DNA of 64,000 nucleotides from an uncultured delta proteobacterium (GCA_963724765.1 CAVRVY010000002.1:256001-320000); one strand, 5' to 3'; positions 36,563 to 47,451 are shown, counted from the stretch's first letter. Notes: generated by a model not told the origin, from the sequence alone. A program made the numbers and translations.

Positions 36563-37290
36563 TCAGGCGCGGCCGTTGCGCAGCAATCGCCCTGGCGTCG
36601 CGCCCGTGGCGCGGCCGTCGGCGAAGGTCATCTCGCCGTTGACGACGATCGCGCGATACCCCTTGCGCGCTGCACGCGGCGCCATTCGCCGCCCGGAAAA
36701 TCGTGCGCGATCTCGCCCACCCACTCGGGCTCGATCGCCAGTTCCTTGAGGTCGTAGACGACCACGTCAGCCGCCGCGCCCTCGCGCAGCACGCCGCGGC
36801 CGCGGAAGCCCGCGGCGTGCGCGGGAAGCGCGGAGAGCCGGTAATGCGCCTCTTCCAGCGTGACCTTCTGTTCGTCGCGGACCAGCCAAGACAGGAAGTC
36901 GGTGGTGAAGGCGCCGCCGCAGAAAAACTTGGTATGCGCGCCGCCGTCGGAGACGCCCGGGATGGTGTAGGGCGAGTCGTTGGTCATCTCGGTCATGAAC
37001 TCGGCGTTGAAGCCCTTGTTGGGGCCGAGGAATTCGACCTTGAGATCGCCGGCGATCGAAAGATCGAGCATCACGTCAATCGGATGGCGGTTGTCTTCGG
37101 CGCCGATCTGACCGAGCGACTTCCCGACGTACTTTTCCAGTTCCGGCCGGTCGTTGACCCATTGCACTATCAAGGTGTGAACCGCGCCGCCGACTCCGGC
37201 CTGGATCGCGCGGAGCTTGCGATCGGCAGCGTCGGTCTCGCGCTTGACCGCCTCGCGCAGCGCCGGGTCCTTCATCTTGGCGAGCCAGCA
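36563..37290 (-). pseudogene. C-terminal fragment of an N-acyl-D-amino-acid deacylase-type amidohydrolase, frameshifted near the end
   Basis: SDGGAHTK, LEEAHYRLS..PA...G...RG.LREG.AADVVVYD; tail YRAIVVNGEM...TGATPGRLLR is in another frame; N-terminus absent. Confidence 0.8.
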
Positions 37291-37387
37291 TCGGCGCCGG
37301 CGCGAGCCAAAGGAAAAGGATCCGCGCGCGGGATGCGCGCGGATCCACCCTCGCCGATCAGACTAGACGCGCGCCTGCCGGTGCGAC

Positions 37388-37436
37388 GCGCCGTGCAAGG
37401 CGCGCCGTGCAAGGCGCGCCGTGCAGGACGCGCCGC
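37388..37436. repeat. 14-bp tandem repeat GCGCCGTGCAAGGC, about 3 copies
   Basis: Seen directly. Confidence 0.7.
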
Positions 37437-37442
37437 GCGGCG

Positions 37443-37961
37443 CTACTCGTTCGCGGTCTTGGTTCCCGGACGAGCGAGCGGAACGATCTGCGCGATATCG
37501 CACTGGATCATTGCGCTCAGCTTGTTATCGATCTGGTAAAACCGGGTGGTGTTAATCGAGGAAACCGCGGCGCGGAACTTGGGCACGAACTCCTTTTGCA
37601 CGTCGAGACGCGCCTGCTTGATCGCGATCACCTCGTCGAGCTTGCTCGTCGCGTCCGCGTCTGTGAGGGTCTGGTAGTGCTCGGCGTAAGCCTTGACCTC
37701 GGCGGCATGGCGGTCGTCGAGCTTATCCATCCTGGCTTCGTAGGCGTCGTAGAGCGGCCAGAATGCTTTGGCCTGCGCCTCGGTCAGATTCATATTCGCA
37801 CCGACGATTGCTTTACGGTCCGCGCGCGCGGCCGCGATGTCGAGTTGGCGTTGCGTCTTGCGTGGGCTCGAGCTGGTTTGAGCCGCGGCAGAGTGAACCA
37901 CGCCGAGCGTGCAGAAGATCGCGACTGCCGCGCCGGCCGCGAGATATTTGATAACGTGCAT
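37443..37961 (-). CDS. Exported helical protein (Spy/CpxP-like)
   Basis: Signal peptide; RKAIV..NM.LT..Q..AFWPLYD.Y. Confidence 0.7.
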   Translation of the reverse strand: MHVIKYLAAGAAVAIFCTLGVVHSAAAQTSSSPRKTQRQLDIAAARADRKAIVGANMNLTEAQAKAFWPLYDAYEARMDKLDDRHAAEVKAYAEHYQTLTDADATSKLDEVIAIKQARLDVQKEFVPKFRAAVSSINTTRFYQIDNKLSAMIQCDIAQIVPLARPGTKTANE

Positions 37962-38124
37962 CAGAAATTTCCTCCCTCGAAGCGGCCTGCCGCTGGCTTC
38001 GGCAAAAATCGGCACAAGCCGTCTGGGAGAAGCTATCCGAAGCGCCGACGGTGCTCAAGCGCGCGCCGAAGGCGGGGCGCTTATGAAGTGGAGTTCCGGC
38101 CGGTCGCCGCGGAAGCGGCGGCGG

Positions 38125-38484
38125 CTATTTCTTTTTGCAAAAGGTATGGACGAAAGCGACCAGGTCGTGAATTTCCGGGTCGGAGAGCCCGTCGCTCCAA
38201 CTCGGCATGTCACCCGGCAGGCCGGCCGCGGCGCCGCCGCCCTTGATCACTTTGAACATCGTATCGTCCGAGATTTTCTGCATCGCAGCGCAGTCGCTAT
38301 AGTCCTGCGGCTTGGTGGCCAGTGATCCTGCGGAAGGTCCGTCGCCGCGTCCGTCGACTCCGTGGCATTTCGCGCAGTAGGCGGTGTAATTGGCCTGAGC
38401 ACTGTCGGCCCGCGCCGGCGCCCTGGTCAGCGCAACAATCGCCGCAACGCCCATCAAGGTAATCAGGATCTTCGTTCGCCGCAT
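38125..38484 (-). CDS. Monoheme class I cytochrome c
   Basis: Signal peptide; CAKCH; distal Met in DMPSW. Confidence 0.92.
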   Translation of the reverse strand: MRRTKILITLMGVAAIVALTRAPARADSAQANYTAYCAKCHGVDGRGDGPSAGSLATKPQDYSDCAAMQKISDDTMFKVIKGGGAAAGLPGDMPSWSDGLSDPEIHDLVAFVHTFCKKK

Positions 38485-38520
38485 ACTGTTCCTTTCGTTG
38501 CAATTGAGCGGTTGAGCCCG

Positions 38521-38802
38521 TCAGTGCGAACGCTTGAGGTATTCGGTAAGCGCCCGCGCATCCTGGGCCGGGAGGTTTGCCTGGGTCCGCATATGCATCA
38601 TGATGACGTCCCACTGAGCCGGTGAGAACTCCGAGCCGGGGCGGGCGTTATGGCATTGTGAGCAGTACACGGGCCATAGACGCGCGCCGTCCAGAAACAA
38701 CTTTTGCTTTTCGGCTTTGCTTTCTTCGGCCAGGGCGGCGACCGAGATCGTCAGTCCAACGATTGCGAGCGCGAGAATTTTCACAAGATAGGTTCTTTTC
38801 AT
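38521..38802 (-). CDS. Small monoheme cytochrome c
   Basis: Signal peptide; CSQCH; W..IMMHMR. Confidence 0.88.
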   Translation of the reverse strand: MKRTYLVKILALAIVGLTISVAALAEESKAEKQKLFLDGARLWPVYCSQCHNARPGSEFSPAQWDVIMMHMRTQANLPAQDARALTEYLKRSH

Positions 38803-38815
38803 GGCGCTCGTTCCT

Positions 38816-40348
38816 CTAGAAGCCGACCGCGAATTGGGTCAGGATCGCGTGGTCGTTAGGCGTCGCGCCGACGCTGCCCACGGTCGGTGTGCTCGCGCCG
38901 TTGAAGGTGTAGGAAGTGCCACCCGCGCGCGGCAATTCGAGGTCGAATTCCGTCTGCCACACGATCGATGGCGCGATCCAATAATCCAGGCCAAGCGCGA
39001 CCTCGCGCGCGTGCGGCGCGTAGATCGACGGCGAGCCGCTGAAGCCGAAGCTGGGACTGGTCGCAATCTCGTCGGTGACCACGGCGCGCTGGTTGACTCC
39101 TGAGTAGCGCACCAGCGGCTCGATTTTGGCCAGGTACTGGTCGAATTCGCTGAGGCCGGGAAGGTGCAGACCGGTGAGAAAATAGCCGGCCTGGAAATAC
39201 CATCCCTGCCGATTGTCGGGGCCGGATCCGGCCGGCATCTGCCGATAGGCGGAAAGCCACTCGCCGCGCGTCTGCAGGTTGCCGCGCAGGTATGCGAAGT
39301 CAACGCCCCAGGTATATAGCCAGAGGCCGTTCTGCCATTTCCCGTCGTAGGTCGAAGCGCCCAGCTCCAACCGTCCCAGGTTGCTGTCGAGCGGAAATGG
39401 ATAAATGCGGAACCGCCCTCCGTATGCCTTGCCGTTGGTGTTGATGTCGATATTGGTCGAGCCGTTGAGCTCCTGACCGACGACCGGCTGCGGCAACGAG
39501 GAATCATAGCTCGGCCCGTTGGCTACCCAGACCGTGTAGTCAGCGTCCTGTCCAAGTTGTCCCCACTGATACGCGCCCCGCAACTGCATCCCGATATCGG
39601 ACGGCGGCACCAGCGCCGCCGGTCCATAGGGTAACGGCGCGGTGATGAAGCGGTTGACCCAGAACGGTCCTTGGGTTTCGTAGAAATCGCCGAAAGGCTG
39701 GTCGAAGATGCCCAGCACGGCCTCCATGTAGTCATTGAGAAATATCTGCGCGGTGACGACCGGGGCGTCGAATGAGGCGCCGGAGCCCGGTTCGTACCCG
39801 GCTTCAAAGGTGCCCTCGAACGCCAGCCAATCGTTGAGGCGGAAGAGCATGATCGGTTCGAAGTCGAGCGTGAAGGTGTTCTGGCCCAACTTGTGATCAT
39901 AGATGTAGTCGACGGAGGCGCCGCCCGCGATCGTGAATTGATGCGAGCCCCAGTAGCCGCCGAGCAACCTGGAGATTTGGGGTTCTGTCGGCCCGGCTGC
40001 CACCTGGGCCTGGATTTCCTTCAACTCCTGGTCAGTTTTGGTCTGCAACTGCTGATTGCTGCTCTGGAGCTGTTGGGTGGTGTTTTGGAGTTGCTGGTTG
40101 GTCGTGCGGACCTGGCTGTCCTGGGACTGCACCTGGTCGAGTTGTTGCTCGAGCTTTTCGATCAGCCGACGGTCGCGGGCGCGGTCCGCGCGCAATTGGC
40201 GCAGTTCCCGTTCGACCTGCTTGAGCGCTTTGGCTTGCGCGTCAGCGTCATCCGCCAGCGCCCTGGGCGCAGACGCAAAGGTAACCGTCGCGAAGACCAC
40301 CACCGTCGAGGCGATCAACGCCAGGAACCCAGCCTTTGTAGAGCCCAT
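38816..40348 (-). CDS. Outer-membrane beta-barrel (porin-like) with N-terminal coiled coil
   Basis: Signal peptide; Gln-rich coiled coil; amphipathic aromatic strands; C-terminal QFAVGF. Confidence 0.8.
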   Translation of the reverse strand: MGSTKAGFLALIASTVVVFATVTFASAPRALADDADAQAKALKQVERELRQLRADRARDRRLIEKLEQQLDQVQSQDSQVRTTNQQLQNTTQQLQSSNQQLQTKTDQELKEIQAQVAAGPTEPQISRLLGGYWGSHQFTIAGGASVDYIYDHKLGQNTFTLDFEPIMLFRLNDWLAFEGTFEAGYEPGSGASFDAPVVTAQIFLNDYMEAVLGIFDQPFGDFYETQGPFWVNRFITAPLPYGPAALVPPSDIGMQLRGAYQWGQLGQDADYTVWVANGPSYDSSLPQPVVGQELNGSTNIDINTNGKAYGGRFRIYPFPLDSNLGRLELGASTYDGKWQNGLWLYTWGVDFAYLRGNLQTRGEWLSAYRQMPAGSGPDNRQGWYFQAGYFLTGLHLPGLSEFDQYLAKIEPLVRYSGVNQRAVVTDEIATSPSFGFSGSPSIYAPHAREVALGLDYWIAPSIVWQTEFDLELPRAGGTSYTFNGASTPTVGSVGATPNDHAILTQFAVGF

Positions 40349-40726
40349 GAGTACTCCCCCTCGTGCGATACGGCCGTAACGGAAAAGTCGTGGCGCAGCC
40401 GAATGGAGCAATGAGCATGCCCGATGATGCTGCGCGCCCGGCTCGCCCATGCGGTGTTTTCGTTGGCACCGCAAATCTACGTTTGAGAGGCATCGATGTG
40501 GAACCGGCTGAAGATTAAGAGCGTAAAAATCGTTCCGCAAAGAACCAAACTGAACTCCGTCAACTCTCACGGGTCCTTGGTCCGTGCCGTCGGCGCCAAC
40601 TATGTGTATCCATCGGCGCCATCAAGGGCCGCGCCAAGGCTCATCGATGAGGCGTTTCGAGGCAGGGCGACGAGCGCCATCCACGCTGGTTTGACTCTTG
40701 CGCTAAACTTGGAGTCGAGGCGGAAC

Positions 40727-41188
40727 ATGAAACTGTTCGACAAAATTTTATGCGCGGTGGACTTTGACGAATCCTCGGCTGTGGTGCTGCACTTCGCGCT
40801 TGAAATCGCTCACCAGAACGGAGCGACGCTTTGCGTGTTGCACGTCGCGCCGCTACCGCTCAGCGCCACCGAGTTCGCACCGATTCCGATGGACCCCTAC
40901 CCGGTGTGGGAGAAAACCGCACGGGCCGAGCTGGAGAAGCTGGCGGCGGCGCATCTCGAAGGCCGCGGTGTTGCTTACAAGATCGAAACGCGCAGCGGCG
41001 AGGCCGCCGACGGCATCCTTGGCCAGAGCCAGGAAATGGACGCGGACCTGATCGTGCTGGCAACGCATGGGCGCAAAGGAGTGAGCCGTTTTCTCCTCGG
41101 CAGCGTGGCCGAACGAGTGATCCGACAGTCGCCGCGGCCGGTGTTGGTGGTCAGACCGAAGGAGGCCGCGCCGCCGGCGCATTACTAA
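40727..41188 (+). CDS. Universal stress protein
   Basis: KILCAVDF; DLIVLATHGRKG...LLGSVAERVIR. Confidence 0.93.
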   Translation: MKLFDKILCAVDFDESSAVVLHFALEIAHQNGATLCVLHVAPLPLSATEFAPIPMDPYPVWEKTARAELEKLAAAHLEGRGVAYKIETRSGEAADGILGQSQEMDADLIVLATHGRKGVSRFLLGSVAERVIRQSPRPVLVVRPKEAAPPAHY

Positions 41189-41642
41189 GTCGCGCTCGGC
41201 GTCACTGAAGCTGAGCGTAGAAGCGGAGCGTCCATGAGGGGCTGGTTTGTCCGATGCTCTTTAGAGTGGCGCACGCGCCTGCGCGACCGAGGCGTGCGTC
41301 AGCCATCGTTTGACGCGCATCGGCCTGGCCGCTCCCCGCGATATTGCTGTTGCTTTGGTCCAATTCTGATGCGTGGCAATTTGACTGTCAGAGACGAAGC
41401 GCCCGCAAGTGGGACAATCTCCCGCCAGCTCCTGTATTTCGCCCCGCAGATCGTTTCTTTCGCTACACCGTCGCAGGTCTGTATCCATCGGAGACAGTAG
41501 CTTCTAGTTTGGGCTGCCGGGCACGCCGCTGGAACCGTGCCCTTGGTTCGCGATGCGTTGCGGTCTCGCTTGGCACGGCTATAGCTATGAATATATCGAT
41601 GCGTGTCGGCCAGTGTCGGCGAGCATCCAGGAGGCAATTCAA

Positions 41643-42449
41643 ATGGCTTATCCATACCGGCGGATTCTGGCCCCGATTGAGTTCGATGAAACTGCGCAAG
41701 CAGTATTGGAATCCGCAGTGCGGATAGCGACGGAAACCGGCGGCACGGTATTCCTGGTGCACGTGGTTCCGCTGGTCGTAGCGCCGACCGGGATGCCCAA
41801 CTACGTGGACATCTACAAGGACCAGGAAAAAATCGCGCAGCAGAAGCTTGAGGCTATCGCTGAACGCCATCGCGCGCAGGCGAAGTGCGAGCTGCTGACC
41901 CGGATTGGCGACCCGTCCCACGAGATCTTGAACCTCGAACGGCAGTTGGCGGCTGATTTGATCGTGCTCGCGACCCACGGCCGCAAGGGTTTTAGACGGA
42001 TGCTGCTCGGCAGTGTGGCCGAGGCCGTGTTGCGTGATGCCACCTGCCCGGTGTTGACCGTGCAGCGCCAGGAAGCTGACGTGCACATGGTCGCGAAGTG
42101 GATGACGCCGCATCCGATATGCGCTGAGCCGGCCGAAAAACTTTCGGCTGTGCGCGCCAAGATGTTCTCGGGCCACTTCCGCACCATGCCGGTCTTAAGC
42201 GGCGGCAAGCTCGCGGGGATTATCACCGACCGCGACCTGCGCCGCCACGAGGGCTACCTTGACCACACCGAGGCCAAACTCGCGATGACCACGGAGGTTG
42301 CTACGGTCGGCCCCGCCACGCCTGTGCATGAGGCGGCAAAAACCCTGCTCGAGCATAAGATAGGTGCGCTGCCGGTGGTCGAGGGTGAGCGCTTGGTCGG
42401 CATCATTTCCATCAGCGACGTACTGCGTGCCTTTCTGGAAGCAAATTGA
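41643..42449 (+). CDS. USP domain + CBS-pair protein
   Basis: DLIVLATHGRKG..LLGSVAE; MPV...KLAGIITDRD; LPVV....LVGIISISD. Confidence 0.92.
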   Translation: MAYPYRRILAPIEFDETAQAVLESAVRIATETGGTVFLVHVVPLVVAPTGMPNYVDIYKDQEKIAQQKLEAIAERHRAQAKCELLTRIGDPSHEILNLERQLAADLIVLATHGRKGFRRMLLGSVAEAVLRDATCPVLTVQRQEADVHMVAKWMTPHPICAEPAEKLSAVRAKMFSGHFRTMPVLSGGKLAGIITDRDLRRHEGYLDHTEAKLAMTTEVATVGPATPVHEAAKTLLEHKIGALPVVEGERLVGIISISDVLRAFLEAN

Positions 42450-42487
42450 ATAAGGCGACGCAGCGGGCGTAAGTCTGGTGTCGGTTT

Positions 42488-44134
42488 ATGGACCCTTCGA
42501 CTACGGCGCGAACGCAACCCGCCGGTTCGCATCGCGCTTTGCCGGCTACGGTCAGCGCGATGATGCGTCCGCAGCTCTATCCGAATCATCCTGTATGTGT
42601 GGAATTGCGTCAGACGCATGTCTCATACGCCTTCCTGGCGGGCGACTACGTTTACAAGATCAAGAAACCGGTGCGGTTCGCTTTTCTTGACGCCTCCACG
42701 CTCGCCCGCCGGCATCAATTGTGTCTCGACGAGGTGCGGCTCAACCGGCGGCTCGCGCCGGACGTCTATCTCGACGTCGTACCGATTTTAAGGCGCGGCA
42801 GTGATGAGCTGGCGTTGGGCGCGGCGTCCGTCGACGCGGCCGAAGCGAGTGCCGCGGTGGAGTGGGCGGTCAAGATGCGCCGGCTAGGGGAAGCCACGAT
42901 GCTCGATCGGATGGTGGCCGACGGCAACGTGAGCGTTGCGCAGATTCGCGCGATCGCGGCTCGACTCGCCGTCTTTCACCGCACAGCCGCCGCCGACAAG
43001 GGATGGAAGTACGGCGCGGCGGCGTCGATATGGCGGCTGGTGCACGGAAATCTGGAGGAATTCGCACTCGATGGTGCGGACACGATCGCGCAGGCGGAGC
43101 TGGACGAGCTCGAGCGCTTCGCCCATCGCGTGATCGAGTCGCGCTGGAGCCTGCTCAACCGTCGCGCACTCGGCGCCCGCGTATGCGAGGGGCACGGTGA
43201 CTTGCGCTGCGAACATGTTTCGTTCGCCGGCGATACGATCGCGATCATCGACTGCGTCGAGTTCAGCGAGGGGCTCCGCTACGTCGACGTTGCCTCGGAC
43301 GTGGGGTTTCTCGCGATGGATCTCGACCGGCTCGGCGCCCGTGGGCTCTCTGATGAGTTGGTGGGAGCGTATCGCGAGGCCTCCGGTGACGCCGATCTTC
43401 CGCTGCTGATTCCCTTGTACAAATTCTATCGCGCGCTGGTGCGCGCCAAGGTGGAGAGTCTCACCAGCCGCGATCCCGAGATTGCGGCCGACCGGCGCGC
43501 TGCCGCTACCGCCGCCGCGCGCCGCTACGTCGCGCTGGCGCTCGATTTCGCGCGCGAGTCGCGCCCCGCAATGGTGGTGGTCTGCGGACTCTCGGGCAGC
43601 GGCAAGTCGACCGTGGCGCGCCGCCTGGCCGACCGGCTCGGATTCGAATGGCTGCGCTCCGACGAAATCCGCAAGCGGCTGGCTAGCGTCCCGCCGGTCG
43701 AGCGTGTGTCCGATGGCTACGCGACCGGCGTCTACAGCCGCGAGTTCACCGAGAAGACTTACGCCGCCCTGCTCGGCGAGGCCGCGGCCCGGCTGCACGA
43801 CGGCGCCGGCGTGATCGTCGACGCCACCTTCGCCGCGCCTGCCTACCGCGCCGAGGCGCTGGCGCTCGCGGGGCGCGCCAGGCTCCCGCTGCTGTTCGTC
43901 GAATGTACTGCCAGCCACGACGAGATCGTGCGCCGCCTCACCGCTCGCGCACGTCGCGCCGACGAAATCTCCGATGCCGGCGTGGCGACTTATCTACGTC
44001 AGCGCGGCGAGTTCGTCATGTTGAAGGAGGTCCCGCAATCCCGGCACCTGGCTGTCGACACGGAGCAGGGCCTCGAAGCGGTGTCAGCGTCGATCACCGA
44101 GCGGCTTAAGAGCCTCGGTGGCACCAATGGCTAA
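42488..44134 (+). CDS. Bifunctional aminoglycoside-phosphotransferase-like + P-loop kinase (Rv2004c-like)
   Basis: QTHVS, YKIKKPV, HGDLRCEH, DCVEF; GLSGSGKS. Confidence 0.9.
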   Translation: MDPSTTARTQPAGSHRALPATVSAMMRPQLYPNHPVCVELRQTHVSYAFLAGDYVYKIKKPVRFAFLDASTLARRHQLCLDEVRLNRRLAPDVYLDVVPILRRGSDELALGAASVDAAEASAAVEWAVKMRRLGEATMLDRMVADGNVSVAQIRAIAARLAVFHRTAAADKGWKYGAAASIWRLVHGNLEEFALDGADTIAQAELDELERFAHRVIESRWSLLNRRALGARVCEGHGDLRCEHVSFAGDTIAIIDCVEFSEGLRYVDVASDVGFLAMDLDRLGARGLSDELVGAYREASGDADLPLLIPLYKFYRALVRAKVESLTSRDPEIAADRRAAATAAARRYVALALDFARESRPAMVVVCGLSGSGKSTVARRLADRLGFEWLRSDEIRKRLASVPPVERVSDGYATGVYSREFTEKTYAALLGEAAARLHDGAGVIVDATFAAPAYRAEALALAGRARLPLLFVECTASHDEIVRRLTARARRADEISDAGVATYLRQRGEFVMLKEVPQSRHLAVDTEQGLEAVSASITERLKSLGGTNG

Positions 44135-44173
44135 CGGCGAAAGCGCGGCTGCCCCGACCGCCGCCGGCGCAGG

Positions 44174-45103
44174 CTATGCGGCGGCGCCCATAAGTATGTG
44201 GAAGATTTGGATAATCGCCGGGCCGAGAATGATGATCATCATGGCGGGCAGAATCAGCAGTACCAGCGGCAGAAGCATTTTAACCGAGCTTTTTTGCGCC
44301 GCCTCTTCAGCCATCAGACGCCGCTTGGCGCTGAGCAGTTCGGCGGCCGCGCGCAATGAAGGCCCCAGGCGCCCGCCGATCTCCTTGCTCTGGATGAATA
44401 CCGCGCCGATTGCCTTGAGGTCGTCCACCCCGGTCCGTTCGCTGAGGTTGCGCATGCTGTCCTCGAGCGAAACGCCGGCGCTCATTTCGGCCGCCGCGGT
44501 CGTAAACTCCTTGCCCAGCACGCGGCCCTGCCGCGCGGTCTCGCGGCCGACGACTCTGATCGCTTCGAGCAGTCCCTGTCCGGCCTCCAGCGTGACCACG
44601 AGCAGATCGAGTATCGCGGGCAGTTCGTGCAGGATGGTGTGTTGACGTTTTCGTCCCAGGCGCTTGACGATATTGCCGGGCAGCAGATAACCGATCACCG
44701 CACCGCCCAGCAGCGCCGGAATCCGCCATCTTGGATAAAAGTGCGAGATCACCAGGCCCGCCGAAATTACCAGTACGAAGGAGGCGACTCGTGCCGCGCG
44801 GTATACTGCCAACTGCTCCACCTGGTTGAAGCCGGCCCGGGTCAGCGCGATGTGGGTTTGCCGTACCTCGGGCGCGTTCTGATCGACGGTGTCGGTCTTA
44901 TTGACCCACCACGCGAGCAATTGCCCGGGAATGCCGCTCCACTGCAGCGATGACCGGGCGAGGGCGCCGGAGCCGCTGTACCTCGCGACGGCGCGCTCTC
45001 GCGTCCAGGAACTTTGCGGTTGATCCCTGGTAAAGCCGAAATACAGCGCCATCACAGTAGTCAATCCGAGGAAAAAGACAGTAATGGCGATCATGTAAGA
45101 CAT
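44174..45103 (-). CDS. tadC: Tad pilus inner-membrane protein TadC
   Basis: LP..LDLL...LEAG; AEEAAQKSSVKMLLPLVL.ILPA. Confidence 0.9.
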   Translation of the reverse strand: MSYMIAITVFFLGLTTVMALYFGFTRDQPQSSWTRERAVARYSGSGALARSSLQWSGIPGQLLAWWVNKTDTVDQNAPEVRQTHIALTRAGFNQVEQLAVYRAARVASFVLVISAGLVISHFYPRWRIPALLGGAVIGYLLPGNIVKRLGRKRQHTILHELPAILDLLVVTLEAGQGLLEAIRVVGRETARQGRVLGKEFTTAAAEMSAGVSLEDSMRNLSERTGVDDLKAIGAVFIQSKEIGGRLGPSLRAAAELLSAKRRLMAEEAAQKSSVKMLLPLVLLILPAMMIIILGPAIIQIFHILMGAAA

Positions 45104-45104
45104 G

Positions 45105-46043
45105 CTAATAGTTCACCCGCGCGATTCGGCGCATCACGAAGAACGCGACTATGTCGAGCACGACCGCGGTCTCGAGCATCTTTTGCCCGTACTCGTTATG
45201 GAACAGCGGGCGCGTATAGTCCGGGTTGATGAGGCTGAAGGCCAGTAGCACGATGAACGGGAGCAAAGTGACGATGATCGCGCTCGCCCGCGATTGCGCG
45301 GTGAGCGCGCGCAACTGATGCTCTGCGCGCTGCCGATTGCGCATCCCCTCCGCGACGTGTTGGAAAACCTCAGCCAGGCTGCTCCCAACGTCGGTCTGGA
45401 CCCGCACGGCGGCGACCAGGAAGCCCAGCTCTTCGACCGGCGCCCGCCGGTACATCGCCTCGAGCGCCAGCGGCAGGGTCATCCCAAGCTGGACCTGCTC
45501 GACGATCAGGCGCAGCTCGCTGGAGACGGGCTCGGGCAGATTCTGCCCCGCCATTTGAAGCGCGCGCAGCATCGTATGGCCCGACTCGAGCGCCGACTTG
45601 AGCAGGTCGATGAGATATGGCAGTTGCTCGCCGAGCAGCGCGAGCCGTTGTTTGCGCATTCGACGCGCGTAAAACACCGGCAGCATGGCGGCTGCGATAC
45701 CGAACAGCAGCGCGCCGGTGACGCTCAGCCAGTAACCCGAGATGACGGTGCCCGCAACCAGCAGCGCCGGTATCGCGAGCATTAGCGACGCGGTCGCCTG
45801 ACGCATGGTCTCGCTGAGGTAGCGGCCCACCCACGGCACCGTGCTCAGCCGCGCAAGCACGAGCGTCATCTCGTCCTTGGGCGCAGCCCACCCAGGCTGC
45901 GCGCGCGGGCTCGTCGGCGAATTTCCGAGCCGCCGCTGGAGAACCCGTTCCTCAGCGAGCCGATGTTTTTGCCGGATCGTGTAGTACGCGGCCACGGGGC
46001 TTATCAGCAGGATAAAGCAGACGAATGTGACCAGCTCGGTCAT
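45105..46043 (-). CDS. tadB: Tad pilus inner-membrane protein TadB
   Basis: QLP..IDLL...L.SGH; RALTAQSRAS. Confidence 0.9.
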   Translation of the reverse strand: MTELVTFVCFILLISPVAAYYTIRQKHRLAEERVLQRRLGNSPTSPRAQPGWAAPKDEMTLVLARLSTVPWVGRYLSETMRQATASLMLAIPALLVAGTVISGYWLSVTGALLFGIAAAMLPVFYARRMRKQRLALLGEQLPYLIDLLKSALESGHTMLRALQMAGQNLPEPVSSELRLIVEQVQLGMTLPLALEAMYRRAPVEELGFLVAAVRVQTDVGSSLAEVFQHVAEGMRNRQRAEHQLRALTAQSRASAIIVTLLPFIVLLAFSLINPDYTRPLFHNEYGQKMLETAVVLDIVAFFVMRRIARVNY

Positions 46044-46047
46044 CGCG

Positions 46048-47436
46048 TTAGTGCAGCTCGCGCGAAGCGAGCATCGAGTGCGGAAGCGCGAAACCGGCGG
46101 CCTCGAAGCGCTCGGTATAGAAAGGGCGTGTGCCGGTGCTTCTGAAATGGCCCAGCACCTTGCCGGTCGGATCGACCCCGGTGCGCACGTATTCGAACAG
46201 GTCCTGGGTCAGCACGGTGTCGCCCTCCATCCCGGTAATCTCGGTTATCTTGATGATCTTGCGGGCGCCGTCGGAGTGGCGCGCGAGCTGGATGATCAGG
46301 TTGATCGAGTTGGCGACATACTGATGCATCGCCTTCTCCGGCAGCGCCACGCCCGACAACAGCATCATCATCTCGAGCCGCCCCAGTGAGTCGCGCGGAG
46401 TGTTGGCATGGATGGTGGCCATCGAGCCGTCGTGGCCGGTCGACATCGCCTGCAGCATGTCGAGCACTTCGGCGCCGCGCACCTCGCCGACGATCACGCG
46501 GTCGGGACGCATCCGCAAGGTATTGCGAAACAGCTCGCGCTGCGTGACCTCGCCCTTACCCTCGACGTTGGGCGGGCGGGTCTCCAGGCGGAAGACCTGG
46601 GGCTGCTGCAAGGCGAGCTCAGCGGCGTCCTCGATCGTGATGATGCGCTGGTTTTCGGGGATATAGGTGGAGAGGCAGTTAAGCAACGTGGTTTTGCCGC
46701 TGCCGGTGCCGCCGCTGATCAGGATGTTGAGCCGGGTGAGCACCGCGATGCGCACGAAGTCGGCCACCTCCTGGGTGCACGTGCCGTTGATGATCAGATC
46801 TTCCATCCGGTAGCTATGGCCGCCGAAGCGGCGGATGCATAATCCGGGGCCGTCGATCGCGAGCGGCGGTATGATGGCGTGCACACGCGAGCCGTCGGGC
46901 AGCCGCGCATCAACCATCGGCGAAGCCTCGTCGATCCGCCGGCCGACGCGCGACACGATGCGGTTGATGACGCTCATCAGATGCCGATCGTCGCGAAAGC
47001 GCACGGTGGTCTTGTAGATTTTGCCGTTGCGCTCGATCCATACCCCGCGGTAGCCGTTGACCAGGATGTCGGAGATGTCATTGTCCTGGAGCAGCGGCTC
47101 GAGCGGGCCGAGCCCCAGCATGTCGCTGGTGGTGGCTTCGATCAGGCGTTCGCGATCGGCTTCGGCCAGCAGCAGATGCTCTTCGTCGACCAGTTCGTCG
47201 ATGACCGCGTTGACCTGCGCCAACAGCGGCGCGTAGCCCGCATCTTCGAGCTTGGTGACGTCGATTTTCTTGAGCAGCAGATCCTGGATCCTGCCCTTGA
47301 GCGCCTGGAAACGCTCCTTGCCCACGTCCTCGCGGGACGAGGTCATGAGTTGGCGCGTGTCGATGGCAAAGAGCGAAGGCCCGGCCGCTGAGGGCGCTCC
47401 CTCTCCGTCGCCTTGCAGACGATCAATTAGACCCAT
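46048..47436 (-). CDS. cpaF: Tad pilus ATPase CpaF/TadA
   Basis: [45 protein letters not shown]. Confidence 0.95.
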   Translation of the reverse strand: MGLIDRLQGDGEGAPSAAGPSLFAIDTRQLMTSSREDVGKERFQALKGRIQDLLLKKIDVTKLEDAGYAPLLAQVNAVIDELVDEEHLLLAEADRERLIEATTSDMLGLGPLEPLLQDNDISDILVNGYRGVWIERNGKIYKTTVRFRDDRHLMSVINRIVSRVGRRIDEASPMVDARLPDGSRVHAIIPPLAIDGPGLCIRRFGGHSYRMEDLIINGTCTQEVADFVRIAVLTRLNILISGGTGSGKTTLLNCLSTYIPENQRIITIEDAAELALQQPQVFRLETRPPNVEGKGEVTQRELFRNTLRMRPDRVIVGEVRGAEVLDMLQAMSTGHDGSMATIHANTPRDSLGRLEMMMLLSGVALPEKAMHQYVANSINLIIQLARHSDGARKIIKITEITGMEGDTVLTQDLFEYVRTGVDPTGKVLGHFRSTGTRPFYTERFEAAGFALPHSMLASRELH

Positions 47437-47451
47437 CGGCGGCGTGTCTCC

